This document shows, piece by piece, positions 46,308 through 57,041 of a stretch of DNA of 64,000 nt; within the stretch, counting starts at the first letter, position 1, and each line of letters begins with the position of its first letter. A program made the position numbers and the translations under genes. The notes under the pieces were generated by a model. It was not told the origin of the DNA. It saw only the letters and a program-made list of their open reading frames with translations, and did not search any database. Source of the stretch: an uncultured delta proteobacterium (lineage in GTDB: Bacteria > Desulfobacterota > WTBG01 > CAIYCZ01); assembly GCA_963803975.1 (NCBI GenBank), contig CAWDOY010000045.1, forward strand, positions 50,684 to 114,683. The letters are read 5' to 3'.

Positions 46308-49300
46308 TTATTTTTTAGGCAGGGCTGCTTTTAGTTGTGTACCTTCTTTAGGTGCTGATTTAATCAAAAATTCTCCCCCCATAGACTCAACACGCTCTCT
46401 CATTCCTTGTATACCAATCTTAAGTTTGCCCTTCCTCTTTGAAACTTTGTCAACATCAAATCCAACACCATCATCAGTTATGTCGAGATGCACCTTGTTT
46501 TTATCTGCATAAAGGCTCACTGACACTTTTTGTGCTTTAGCATGCTTAGTGATATTGGTTAATGCTTCCTGTATTACTCGGTATATGACAATTGCCGTAT
46601 CCTCTGGTATTTTCTTTTTAGCCAAATCATTTCTGAAGGTTATTTTTAATGTTGAATGCTTTTTGATAATTATCAAAAAAATCTGTCAGGGCCGCTGTCA
46701 GACCCACAATTTCTAAATTCGGGGGCCGTAAGTCTACCGCTAATCTTCTCAAATCCTCCACAGCTTTTCGTAACGCAGCCTGAGCTTGTTCAAGTGCTTT
46801 AAAAGTAGCTTGCTTGTTGTTTTCTTTACATTCTTCCTTGGCAATGCTTATTTGGGAAGCAACCGAGATAGCCATAGAGCCAAGTTCATCATGCAGTGTT
46901 GTTGAGATATTCTTCCGTTCTTCCTCCCTGGCTGACAACAGCATACCGGCAAATTTCTTGAGATATTCCTGTGAAATCTGTAATTTCTCATTGGCCTTTC
47001 TCAGTTCAGCGGTACGCTGCTTTACCTTCTTTTCTAATTCATCATGAGCCTTTTGTAATTCTTGCTCCATTCGCTTAAGCTCGGTAATATCTATCCCGAC
47101 TCCTGCAAGGTATGACTGCCCTTCAATAGCCATTCTTCTGCCAGTAAAAAAATAAGGACTTACCTTGCCATGTCTGCCCAATAACTTCGCCTCAACTTCA
47201 GCTTGGCCATTAGTAAAGACATCCTTCATTTTGCTTGCAATCAGGGCTCTGTCATCCTTATGGATCAGTGGAAAGGTTATTGATGTATTGCAATTCTTTG
47301 GCTGCGTACCCCGTAACGGCTTCTAAATTTTTATTCCAACGAATAAAGTGTCCCTGTTCATCTAAGAGGTAGAAAACTCCCGGTAAGCTGTTTATTACCG
47401 TATCACTGAAATACTTCTCCTGTTGGAGCGCCTTCTCTGTCTGTTTGCGTTCAGTAATATCACGTACAATTCCGCTAAAGAATATCTGTCCTTATCTTCC
47501 AGTAAGAGGTGGAAGTTTCAGAGAGAAATTCAGTGCCGTCTTTTCTGACAGCTAATCCTTCCACAGTTTTTCCAATATAGGATGAGTGACCGGTCTTTGA
47601 TAAAATCGTGCTCTGTTTTTCCTGTCATATAAGGCGTTGCATCCTTCCGGCCTTAAAAGCTCTATAGATTTCCCCACTATCTCTTTTGCTGTATATCCGT
47701 AAATCTTTTCAGCGGCTTTGTTCCAATAAAGAATTTTACCACTGCTGTCTGTAGTGATAATTGCATCAGTGAAGATTCTGCAATTGTTCTGAAACGCTCT
47801 TCTCTTTCCCGCAAGGCTTCTTCATGTTGCTTTCGTTCGGTGATGTCCCTTATAGTTGCGACACCACCCACTCTGTTTCCATCTCTATCCTGCAACATGG
47901 TTATATTTAACTCTATAGGGCACAAACTCCCATCTTTTCTCAACCAGTTCGCTTCAAAGCTTTTTATAACTCCTTTTTCCCGTAAGCGGTTATTATCTTG
48001 GACCCTATCTGGGCGTGCTTCTCATCGTTCGGAAACAGTTCTGATGTGTGTTTCCCTATGAGCTCCTCTTGGTTAAAGCCTAACATCTTTTCTACTGCCT
48101 TGTTTACACTTATTACATATCCCTTTTCATCGCTGACCATCATCACATCGGGGGTGGTATTATAAATATTTTCTAAGAAATCTTTGGTGTTAATAAGCTC
48201 TTTCTCTGCCCGCTTTCGCTCGGTGATATCCTCATAAATCACAACGATTTCGCCCGATGGCAACTTATAGGCGTAATTCTCTCTCCACCCCGATATCCTC
48301 TTATCTTGATAAAATGCAACAGGATAATCTTCAGGTTTTCCGGTTTTCCATACACGCCGCAATACCTCCAGCAGGCCAAACTCTTTGACACCAGGGAAAG
48401 CTTCGGTAAGGAATTTACCTATAAGCGCCTCCTTTTTGAGCTGTTCGATATTTTCTGCGGCACGATTAAATTCTTTAATAATAAAATCCCTGCCATCGTC
48501 AATCGCTTCATAGATGACTAAAGCATTCTTGCTATTATTAAACAGTTCCCTATACCTTGATTCGCTATTTTCTAAGGCTTCCTCAGCCTGTTTGCGCTCG
48601 GTGATGTCACGCATGATAAAACTGAAACAATACTGGCCCTGTACTTTCCAGCCAGAAAACGTTATTTCAACAGGAAATTCACTGCCATCTTTCCTGAGAG
48701 CGATGGTTTCAAGTGGTTTTTTATTATTCGATAACATGCCTGTTTTAAAAAACTTCTGCCACTGCTTTCTGGTCTTGATCCCGTAAACGCTCTGGTAGTA
48801 ACATTGTATACGATTTCCCTACTATCCCCTTTTCTTCATAGCCAAACATTTCCACAGCTGCTTTATTCCAAAAGATAATAGTGCCGTTCTGGTCTGATAT
48901 AAGAATTGCATCAGGAGACGATTCAGCAACTGCCCTGAACCGTTCTTCGCTTTCCTGCAGTGCCTCCTCGTGCTGCTTGCGCTCGGTGATGTCACGTCCG
49001 ATGCAATACCACAGCCCCTTCTCTGGCAACGGGGCAGCCGTCCATTGGACGATTCGTATTGAACCGTCTTTATGAATATAACGATTTTCAAAATCAACAG
49101 TCAGCATGCCTGATACAAGCCGTGCTACTTCATCATCATTTTTTTGATGGTCTTCGGGATGGATAAAATCAAGAAATGGCCTTGAAAGGAGGTGTTCTCT
49201 CGGGTAGCCAAGTGTTCTTTCCCACGCAGGGTTTACATATTTAAAATAGCCATCTGTTGCTGCAATACAGATGAGGTCCTGAGACATGTTGAGGATCCTC

Positions 49301-49785
49301 TCATATTCTTTTTCTATCCGCTTCTGCTCGCTGATGTCACGCAGAGAGCCGCCAAAATAATACTTATCCTTTATTTTCCAGTTTGACACGGTGAATTCAG
49401 CAGGAAATTTAGTGCCATCTTTTCTTTTCGCTACACTTTCTTTTGGCTTTTTACCAAATAATGAAAATCCTCTTTCCAGAACATGCTCTTTCCCTTCATT
49501 ATATTCCCCCATGGCCTCGTCCGAAATCAACATCGTGATTGGATTACCCAGTACTTCTTCTTTTTCATACCCGAAGATTTCTGTTGCTGTTTTATTCCAG
49601 AAAATAATGTTTCCATCCTGGTCTGAAATTATAACTGCATCCAGCGATGTTTCAGAAACTGCACGGAGATGTTCTTCTGCTTCTTTTGAATTAGCTAATG
49701 ATGTTTCTAATTCGATATTCCGCTGACGCAGTTCCCTCAATTCATCTAAAAGCTGGGTGTTGGTTTTATGTGCGTCCTGCTGCAT
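46308..49785 (-). CDS. Multi-PAS (about 7) HisKA_3/NarX-type histidine kinase, split by several frameshifts
   Basis: Successive PAS/PAC segments ending DITERK; H-box LHDELG; QEALTNITKH, DDGVGF, GIQGMRER. Confidence 0.85.
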
Positions 49786-49929
49786 ATTTAAAATCTCCTG
49801 AAATAAAGGGGGGATTATTAGAGAGGGATAGCCATTAGTTGCTAGAATTATTATATACTCTGGGGAGAAAAAATAAACGTTTTATTAATTGTCTATTGCT
49901 GATAGGGAGAAATAAAGGCAGTTACAAAC

Positions 49930-50037
49930 GATGCTTTGCAAAAGAAGTGTTCAATGAATTTAGGTTGCTACACTTCTATCGCTGTTGATACATAAGCTGC
50001 ACTTTTTTCTGAGCATTTCCTGCCACAACATCTTGTG
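49930..50037 (+). repeat. Island intergenic element copy B
   Basis: 59/60 identity with copy A over 49972-50031. Confidence 0.9.
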
Positions 50038-50248
50038 TTCAATAGTCAACATCCTTGTTTCTCAAAATATACCCCACCAGTTCTTTATGTATGTAAAAAT
50101 TAGATGCTATATTTATAAAAGTAACTATTTATATGTGAATTAATATTATAGAAATAAATTATAATTTTCTTGACACGATATATAGAAAGAAGTAAATGGC
50201 GATTAGATGCTAAATAACGCATCACACAATTTTATAATGTAGTTACAC

Positions 50249-50363
50249 GAGGCAACGGCGATGGGTGCCGGGGTGATACTCATCAAAAGTTTTGTTGCCG
50301 ATTACTGTAACAAGAGTAACCGTCATCAGGAGAAGACTATGCCTGAGACGGTTTTTGTTTTTT
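50249..50363 (+). ncRNA. Riboswitch-like leader (candidate Na+/DUF1646 class) plus intrinsic terminator upstream of aqpZ
   Basis: Nested hairpin ggcaac/gttgcc and gatgggtg/tactcatc with a ccggggtga loop, then terminator aaccgtc...gacggtttttgtttttt; TATAAT at 50233-50238. Confidence 0.55.
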
Positions 50364-50455
50364 ATAACACTCTGACACAGCAACAGAAAATAAATTCCTT
50401 ACTAAATAAATTTCAGGCGTATCAACAATAACAAAACAACATAGTAGGGGTTGAG

Positions 50456-51145
50456 ATGAAAACGTATGGAGCAGAGTTCTTTGGAACTTTTTGGCTGGTG
50501 TTGGGCGGCTGTGGCAGTGCGCTGCTGGCCGCAGCATTCCCCAATGTAGGCATTGGCCTGCTGGGCGTATCTCTTGCCTTTGGTTTGACCGTTCTAACCA
50601 TGGCCTTTGCAATTGGGCATATCTCTGGCTGCCACCTTAATCCGGCAGTATCCGTCGGACTTTGGGCGGGTGGTCGCTTCCCTGCAGGCAAACTGGTGCC
50701 ATACATTGTAGCGCAGGTCCTTGGTGCGATAGCAGCCGGCGGCGTTCTGTACATTATTGCCAGTGGCAAAGCCGGCTTTGATGTAACCGCTGGTTTTGCC
50801 TCTAACGGCTATGGTGACCATTCACCCGGCGGTTACTCATTACTTGCGGCACTGGTCAGTGAAGTTGTCATGACGATGATGTTCTTGATCGTCATTCTGG
50901 GAGCAACTGACAAGCGGGCGCCGCAAGGCTTTGCGCCGATTGCTATTGGTCTGTGCCTTACCCTGATTCACTTGATCAGCATTCCCGTAACCAATACGTC
51001 TGTTAACCCTGCGCGGAGCACCGGCGTTGCGCTATATGTTGGAGGTTGGGCGGTTGCGCAACTGTGGCTGTTCTGGATTGCGCCGATTATTGGGGCGTTA
51101 CTGGGTGCAGTCGTTTATCGCTTCATCGGCACCAGCGACAACTAA
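50456..51145 (+). CDS. aqpZ: Aquaporin Z
   Basis: [28 protein letters not shown]. Confidence 0.97.
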   Translation: MKTYGAEFFGTFWLVLGGCGSALLAAAFPNVGIGLLGVSLAFGLTVLTMAFAIGHISGCHLNPAVSVGLWAGGRFPAGKLVPYIVAQVLGAIAAGGVLYIIASGKAGFDVTAGFASNGYGDHSPGGYSLLAALVSEVVMTMMFLIVILGATDKRAPQGFAPIAIGLCLTLIHLISIPVTNTSVNPARSTGVALYVGGWAVAQLWLFWIAPIIGALLGAVVYRFIGTSDN

Positions 51146-51235
51146 TCAAGTTTGTTCAATGACGAGGTACTTTTGCGTTATAGTAATAAAAAACTAAAGT
51201 ATCCATTAACCAGTTAAACAGCAGGAGAAAATCCC

Positions 51236-51922
51236 ATGAGAAAAGAAATTTATAAGAACATAGTTATGTTAGCTGCAGTAACCAGCATGCTGTTAATTGC
51301 AGCTTCCGCAACCGCTGAACTTGAGCAGGCAACCATAATCTCAGGCCTTAAAGAGGCACTTTCCTTAAGCACCGAAAAGGCAATTGCCCTTGTGGGGAAA
51401 ACAGACGGATATTTTGGTAATCAAGCAATTAAGATTCTTATGCCGGAAAAGATGCGTATGATAACGGATGCTTTGGGTAAAATGGGGATGCAAAAACAGG
51501 TCGATGAATTTATTCTCAGCATGAACAGGGCAGCGGAAAAAGCGGCGCCGAAAGCAGCATCTATATTTGGCGATGCAATAAAAAACATGAACCTGGAGGA
51601 TGCCCAGAAGATTCTTAATGGTGGTGATACTGCGGCAACAGATTATTTTAAACTAAAAACCTCAAATAGTATCTATACTGAATTTAAGCCTATTATCGCA
51701 GCAACCATGGGAGAGGCGGGCACTACCCGTCTTTTTGAAAATATTATGAGCAAGGCCAAGACCCTGCCTTTGATGAGCGGGATAAAGTTTGACCTTGACG
51801 ATTATGTTACCAAGAAATCAACTGATGGTCTTTTTATGATGCTGGGGCAGCAGGAAAAAATGATTAGAATAAATCCCGGAGCACGGTCAACAGATCTTTT
51901 AAAGAAAGTTTTTGGTAAATAA
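51236..51922 (+). CDS. DUF4197 family secreted protein
   Basis: GLKEAL, SMNRAAEKA, ATDYF, DGLF...EKMIRINP. Confidence 0.88.
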   Translation: MRKEIYKNIVMLAAVTSMLLIAASATAELEQATIISGLKEALSLSTEKAIALVGKTDGYFGNQAIKILMPEKMRMITDALGKMGMQKQVDEFILSMNRAAEKAAPKAASIFGDAIKNMNLEDAQKILNGGDTAATDYFKLKTSNSIYTEFKPIIAATMGEAGTTRLFENIMSKAKTLPLMSGIKFDLDDYVTKKSTDGLFMMLGQQEKMIRINPGARSTDLLKKVFGK

Positions 51923-52004
51923 ACAGTGAAACAGAAGCCGGGGAACCGCATTTAAATGGTTTCCCAAAAAAACAAACCATTCACAAAGCAAAAAGGAGGT
52001 TTTT

Positions 52005-52407
52005 ATGAATAGGAAAATTTTAGCAGTACTGATTGGGGTGATGGTGGTTTTCACGTTCACTGCACTGTGTGTTGCCGAAGAAAAAGAGAATCAGCAAGCG
52101 GAGAAAATATCAAAAGCCCAGGAAGGTCTTAAGACCCTGGGGTATTACAAGGGTGAAGTGACCGGTAAAATGGACAAGGATACCCGGGATGCCGTCAAGG
52201 AGTTCCAGAAAAAAGAAGAAAACATGAAAATGCCGGCCGGCATGCTGACTGACAAAACCTGTAGTGCCATTGATGAGAAAGCAGAAAAAAAAGATGAAGA
52301 AGGATGAAGACAAGGGAAAGAACCCGATGGATAAGATGGAGGAAGGAAAAGGGAAAGTGCAGGAAGGAATGGACAAGATGAAGGGCGCGACTGACGTGGT
52401 GAAATAA
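52005..52407 (+). CDS. Secreted peptidoglycan-binding (PG_binding_1) protein (frameshift near 52300)
   Basis: QEGLKTLGYY...G.MDKDTRDAVKEFQK. Confidence 0.7.
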
Positions 52408-52467
52408 GGGAAAACGTATACCATATTGAGAGGGTAACATTAAAAGCTGAATCAGAGGAGGCGTATC

Positions 52468-53151
52468 ATGAAACATGTTTTAGTGGTGCTGCTTATCGCG
52501 GCTCTTATCCTGCCCGGTTGTGCAACCATAAAGGAGAATCCTAAGACCGCAATCGGCGCCGGGGTGGGTGCGGTGGTCGGCGCAGGGGTCGGCGCCGCAG
52601 TTGGCGGGGGCAAAGGCGCCGCGATTGGTGCAGTAGTCGGCGGTCTTGCCGGCGGCCTCATCGGGCATTACATGGACAAACAGAAGCGCGAATTTGATCA
52701 GCTGCTGGCAGAGTCACAGGCACGGGAGCAGGCAGCAATAATGCAGGGGGTGCAGAAGGAACAGAATGCCATTATCCTCACCTTCAAATCAGACGTGATG
52801 TTTGACACCAACTCATCCGTCATAAAATCTGCGGCTTACGCTTCAGGGGAAATTGATCGTGTGGCGCAAATTCTGAATAGATACCCTGACACCACCATAA
52901 AGGTGGTAGGGTATACCGACAGCACCGGATCGGAATCCTATAATCAACAGCTATCAGAGCAGCGGGCCAATTCAGTAAAGAACGCCCTGGTTGTTAAAAA
53001 CGTACAAACTGCCCGTATCTCTGCTCTTGGCATGGGAGAGTCTAATCCGATTGCAGACAACACAACCGAAGGCGGACGCCAGCTTAACCGTCGCGTTGCC
53101 ATAATCATTGAGCCCACACCACAAGCGGGCCAGGCGCAGCCGCAGGGTTAA
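52468..53151 (+). CDS. OmpA-family lipoprotein with glycine zipper
   Basis: LPGC lipobox, GAGVGAVVGAG zipper, GYTDSTG...LSEQRA...LNRRV. Confidence 0.93.
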   Translation: MKHVLVVLLIAALILPGCATIKENPKTAIGAGVGAVVGAGVGAAVGGGKGAAIGAVVGGLAGGLIGHYMDKQKREFDQLLAESQAREQAAIMQGVQKEQNAIILTFKSDVMFDTNSSVIKSAAYASGEIDRVAQILNRYPDTTIKVVGYTDSTGSESYNQQLSEQRANSVKNALVVKNVQTARISALGMGESNPIADNTTEGGRQLNRRVAIIIEPTPQAGQAQPQG

Positions 53152-53186
53152 CAGCAGGCAGTGTAAAACAGGTGCTACTATTTATG

Positions 53187-53217
53187 AAGGCAGAGCATTC
53201 ACTGCTCTGCCTTTTTT
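53187..53217 (+). terminator. Intrinsic terminator
   Basis: aaggcagagca-ttcac-tgctctgcctttttt. Confidence 0.8.
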
Positions 53218-53223
53218 CCATAT

Positions 53224-53386
53224 CAATATGTTGTGATTATGCATTGTGAATCTAAACTTGTATTTTTTAAACTGTACAGATGCTTTGTAAAAGAAGTGTG
53301 CAATAGATTTAAGCTGCTAAACTTCTATTGCTGTTGATACATAAGCTTCACTTTTTATCGGGTAATGCCCACCACAAGATGTAGAT
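53224..53386 (+). repeat. Island intergenic element copy C
   Basis: gatgctttgtaaaagaagtg...gctgttgatacataagcttcacttttt...accacaagatgtag. Confidence 0.88.
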
Positions 53387-53430
53387 TTTTGTCTCAATAA
53401 TCCTGTACATATTTTGCGGCGTATTTTTTA

Positions 53431-53459
53431 TTGACACACAATAAATAGCGGCCTATACT
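53431..53459 (+). promoter_or_regulatory. Sigma70 promoter upstream of the lipocalin gene
   Basis: TTGACA-17 bp-TATACT. Confidence 0.65.
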
Positions 53460-53814
53460 TTTTTCATACGAAAGCAAGTTTCTCAATGATCCTGCATGTC
53501 TTATAAAAATGGGGGGTAAGTCAACGCTTATTCAAGGCATAGAAATCATCAGAGAAGACTATCTTTTGCATTAACGGAAATTCCTTGATAGAAAATTGAT
53601 ACCTCATTTTATATTTTACAAAGCAAAATCGAAAACATGACCCCAATACTTTTTGCTTTTTAAAAATACTCTATTTCTTCTGGCACAATACTATTTTCAC
53701 TTCATTGCATAATTCAAGTTAAACACTTTTCTACGAGTAATTCACACAGGGTAGTTAGCTCAAAAAGCAAATTTTTTACCAATAGCAAAACCTTTAAAAT
53801 AAGGAGGAAGCTAT

Positions 53815-54854
53815 ATGCATACAATTTTGAAATTTCGAAAGCATCGAAAGACATTGATTTGCATTTTTATTTCAGTGCTTTTTATTATCGGCTGCCCCCA
53901 GTTGTTGCCACCGGAGACAGTGGAGTATGTGGATCTCTGAGCGTTACACCGGATTATGGTACGAGATTGCCCGTTACGACACTCCTAACGATGAAGATTT
54001 GGTAGCAGTTACTGCTGAATATACGCTTAATGAGGATGGAACATTAAGTATATTAAATAGAGGTTTGGTTGGTAACTTGGACGGTCCCTGCACTTCGACA
54101 GAAGGAGTTGCCCGCGTGGTTGACCCTGAAACCAATGCGAAACTCAAAGTCAAAATGACACGTCCCAACATGCCATATAAAAATTTTGAGTACTGGATCA
54201 TCGATCTCGGCGAATACTATTCATATTCAGTTGTGTCCAACTCTAATAAGAGCTCATTGTATATCCTCAGCCGGACACCGACCATAGAAGAATCAACCTA
54301 CCAGGACTTGATTGATAGTCTCACAACGAGAGGGTTTGATCCGGAAAGAATTGTACCAACACTTCAAAACAGTAAAATGCCACCACCGGAGACAGTGGAT
54401 TCTGTGGATCTAACGCGCTACGCTGGATTATGGTACGAGATTGCCCGTTACGACACTCCTTTTGATGAAGATGCGGTCGCGGTTACCGCTGAATACACGC
54501 TCAATGATGATGGCACGGTGAGGGTTGTCAATAAGGGCTTGGTTGGAGGCTTAGACTGGCACCCCCACCTCGATAGAAGGAGTTGCCCGGGTAGTTGACC
54601 CTGCAACCAACTCAAAACTTTCAGTCACATTCGACCGACCCGACATTGCAGGAGTCGAATTTGATTACTGGATTATTGAACTAGATGAAGACTACCAATA
54701 TGCGGTAGTAACCAATGAAACAAGGTTTGTACTCTACATTTTAAGCAGAACCCCTGCTCTGGAAGATTCTGTCTATGAAGATATTCTCTATCGGATAGTG
54801 AAGAAAGGTTTTGACGCAGATAGGGTTGAGCTTACTCCTCAGCCAGAAAAGTAA
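53815..54854 (+). CDS. Tandem double lipocalin (Blc-like) lipoprotein (frameshifts near 53935 and 54560)
   Basis: RBS AAGGAGG; IIGC lipobox; two copies of RYxGLWYEIAR...YWII...ILSRTP. Confidence 0.85.
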
Positions 54855-55056
54855 ACTATTATCGCCTAAAGGCGGTAGCTTGTGGGCCAAGGGTTTGAGG
54901 ATTCTAGGGGTCAAGTGAAGCCATGGTCATTCCGTTTGTTTACCTTTGGACCCTTGCGGCGCAAAAACAGCCGTTTGGTTGACATAATAACACTTACAAG
55001 CAAAAGAGCAGGGTCATTAAGTTGGCTCTGCTCTTTTTGTCTATAAAATGGTTGTC

Positions 55057-55194
55057 GATATATTGTGACGACGAATGTTTTTGCTATTGCCTGCCATGAC
55101 ACATTGCAAATGAAATCATCAATGAATTTAAGCTGCGAAACTTCTATCGGTGCTGATATACAAAGTCTGCAGTGAGTTACCTTGAATAACTGCC
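55057..55194 (+). repeat. Island intergenic element copy D (diverged right half)
   Basis: tcatcaatgaatttaagctgcgaaacttctatcggtgctgata. Confidence 0.75.
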
Positions 55195-55337
55195 CCCTCT
55201 CCTTTAAAACGCTAAACAGATGAAAAGCAAGCAGCCTTGCAAAAAATGCCAAAGCTTTATTGATGACAGAGAGACATTTTAAGTATAATAAAATCAGTTT
55301 AAAGGACTAACGTAAATTATATAAAGGAGAATATACG

Positions 55338-55860
55338 ATGAAAAAATTTCTATTATTAATACTTGTTGTTGCTTTTTTTGGCAGTGGGTGTGAAACCATG
55401 AAGGAGAATAAAAGGTCACTGGCAGACTCACAGGCACGGGAGCAGTCAGCAATTATGCAGGGGGTGCAGCGAGAAAAGGACACCCTTATTCTGACTTTTA
55501 AAACGGATGTGCTGTTTGACAAGAACTCATCCGCCATAAAACCGAATGCATATGGTTCAGGGGAAATTGACCGCGTGGCGCAAATTCTCAATAGATACCC
55601 TGACACCACCATAAAGGTAGTGGCGTTATACAGACAGCACCGAGGCACATAATCAGCAGTTATCAGAGCTGCGGGCAAATGCGGTAAAAAACGCCCTGGT
55701 GGGTAAAAACGTAATTGCTTCCCGGATAACGGCGATAGGTACGGGAAAGTCTAATCCGAAAGCCGATAACAGTACGCCAGAGGGGCGTCAGTTGAACCGT
55801 CGCGTTGCAATTATAATTGAGCCTACACAGCAGGCGGGCCAGCCGCAACCACAGAATTAA
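55338..55860 (+). CDS. OmpA-family lipoprotein paralog lacking the glycine zipper (frameshifted, possibly a pseudogene)
   Basis: LADSQAREQSAIMQGVQ and SGEIDRVAQILNRYPDTTIKVV are near-identical to 52468-53151; LNRRVAIIIEP in the shifted frame. Confidence 0.8.
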
Positions 55861-55901
55861 TCAAAGGCGGGGCATTAACAGCTCTGCTTTTTTGCATATC
55901 A

Positions 55902-56020
55902 AAACTGTATCGTGTAATTGCTTGCAGGTTAAAGTCACAATTGGTTAACTTGAAGGACTACTCGCACATCTGACACGTAATGTGGAATTTAAAGAAAAAA
56001 GACCCAACCACTATATTTAG
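55902..56020 (+). repeat. Island intergenic element copy G (degenerate)
   Basis: tgacacgtaa to ccactatatttag spacing (27 nt) equals tgatacataa to ccacaagatgtag in copy C. Confidence 0.5.
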
Positions 56021-56075
56021 CGGTTAGGCCCTGCTAACTTCAAAAGGACTTATGCCTCAGCCCTACTAAAACTCT

Positions 56076-56564
56076 TTACTGTTTTTTCTTTCGCCTTGAA
56101 ACAGTCCGCCCTTTTTTCTCCTGCTGGACCTGTTCGAGTACCTCTCTCCTTTTCATGCCCTTTAAATCAGAAAGAGCTTTACGGATACCAGGTTTCCGTA
56201 GCTGCAGGCGACCGGGTTTGTTTTCCCATATGGAGACAATGTTATCGCAGACGCCGAGAAGTTTTGCCAACCGGGACTGAGAAATACCAAGACGGCCCCG
56301 GAGACTGCGGACCTGCCTGCCTGTAATGCTAAAACCATCCTCTTTCAGTTTGGTGGCATTATCATGAACCGGTCCATGGATTTTGCCCTGCAGCACAGCG
56401 AGTCTTTTGTTTTCTTTTTCAAGTGCGGCGATTCGCCGTTTGTGCTCATAGACGAGCTTTTTGAGAGCAGCGTTTGAAACTTTGAGAGGGGTGATGGTCA
56501 AATTGATTTCCCTGCGGGCCAGTCGCTTGATTTCATCCTTCAGTACATTGGCAATGTTGGGCAT
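56076..56564 (-). CDS. Coiled-coil plus XRE-type HTH DNA-binding protein
   Basis: MPNIANVLKDEIKRLARRE; VRSLRGRLGISQSRLAKLLGV...WE; minus-strand TTGACA-17-TATATT promoter at 56611-56639. Confidence 0.85.
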   Translation of the reverse strand: MPNIANVLKDEIKRLARREINLTITPLKVSNAALKKLVYEHKRRIAALEKENKRLAVLQGKIHGPVHDNATKLKEDGFSITGRQVRSLRGRLGISQSRLAKLLGVCDNIVSIWENKPGRLQLRKPGIRKALSDLKGMKRREVLEQVQQEKKGRTVSRRKKKQ

Positions 56565-56809
56565 GATTGTCTCCTTTATTACTGATAAAAACTCGCCTTT
56601 GGATGGGCATAATATAAAATAGGGGTGATTGTGTGTCAATAAAAAGTTCGGTGCATCGCATGTTTTGGTGCGACGGTTTTGAGGCGTAGTAAAAGAATGC
56701 TTGAATAATATTTCTGTTTCAGTCTACTATTAGTGACGCAGATTATTCTCATAGCGACAGCTGGTTAAAGGTATAAACTATAAAATATATTCGGGAAGAA
56801 GGTTGCTAT

Positions 56810-56989
56810 ATGAAAAAAAGGTTTTCCCTTTGTATGCTAATTGGTTTTTTTACTGTAGCAACCTTTTTTTACAGTGGATTCCTTATTGACGTACAATCGC
56901 TCCAGGCCTCTATACTTCCTTCATCCGAAAGCGAGTTCTTATCAATTTATTATTCAGCACTTAAAAATCCAATGGAGAAAGGAGGATAG
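56810..56989 (+). CDS. 59-aa signal-peptide-like ORF, possible gene remnant
   Basis: MKKRFSLCMLIGFFTVATFF...; preceded by GAAGG. Confidence 0.4.
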   Translation: MKKRFSLCMLIGFFTVATFFYSGFLIDVQSLQASILPSSESEFLSIYYSALKNPMEKGG

Positions 56990-57041
56990 TTTAAAGGAAT
57001 ATTGATAAAAAATATAAACCTATAGAAGAACGAGGGTCGAC

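Noticed and set aside
54911..55252. 113-aa minus-strand ORF over repeat copy D
   Set aside because: The reading frame does not appear conserved across other repeat copies; likely spurious.
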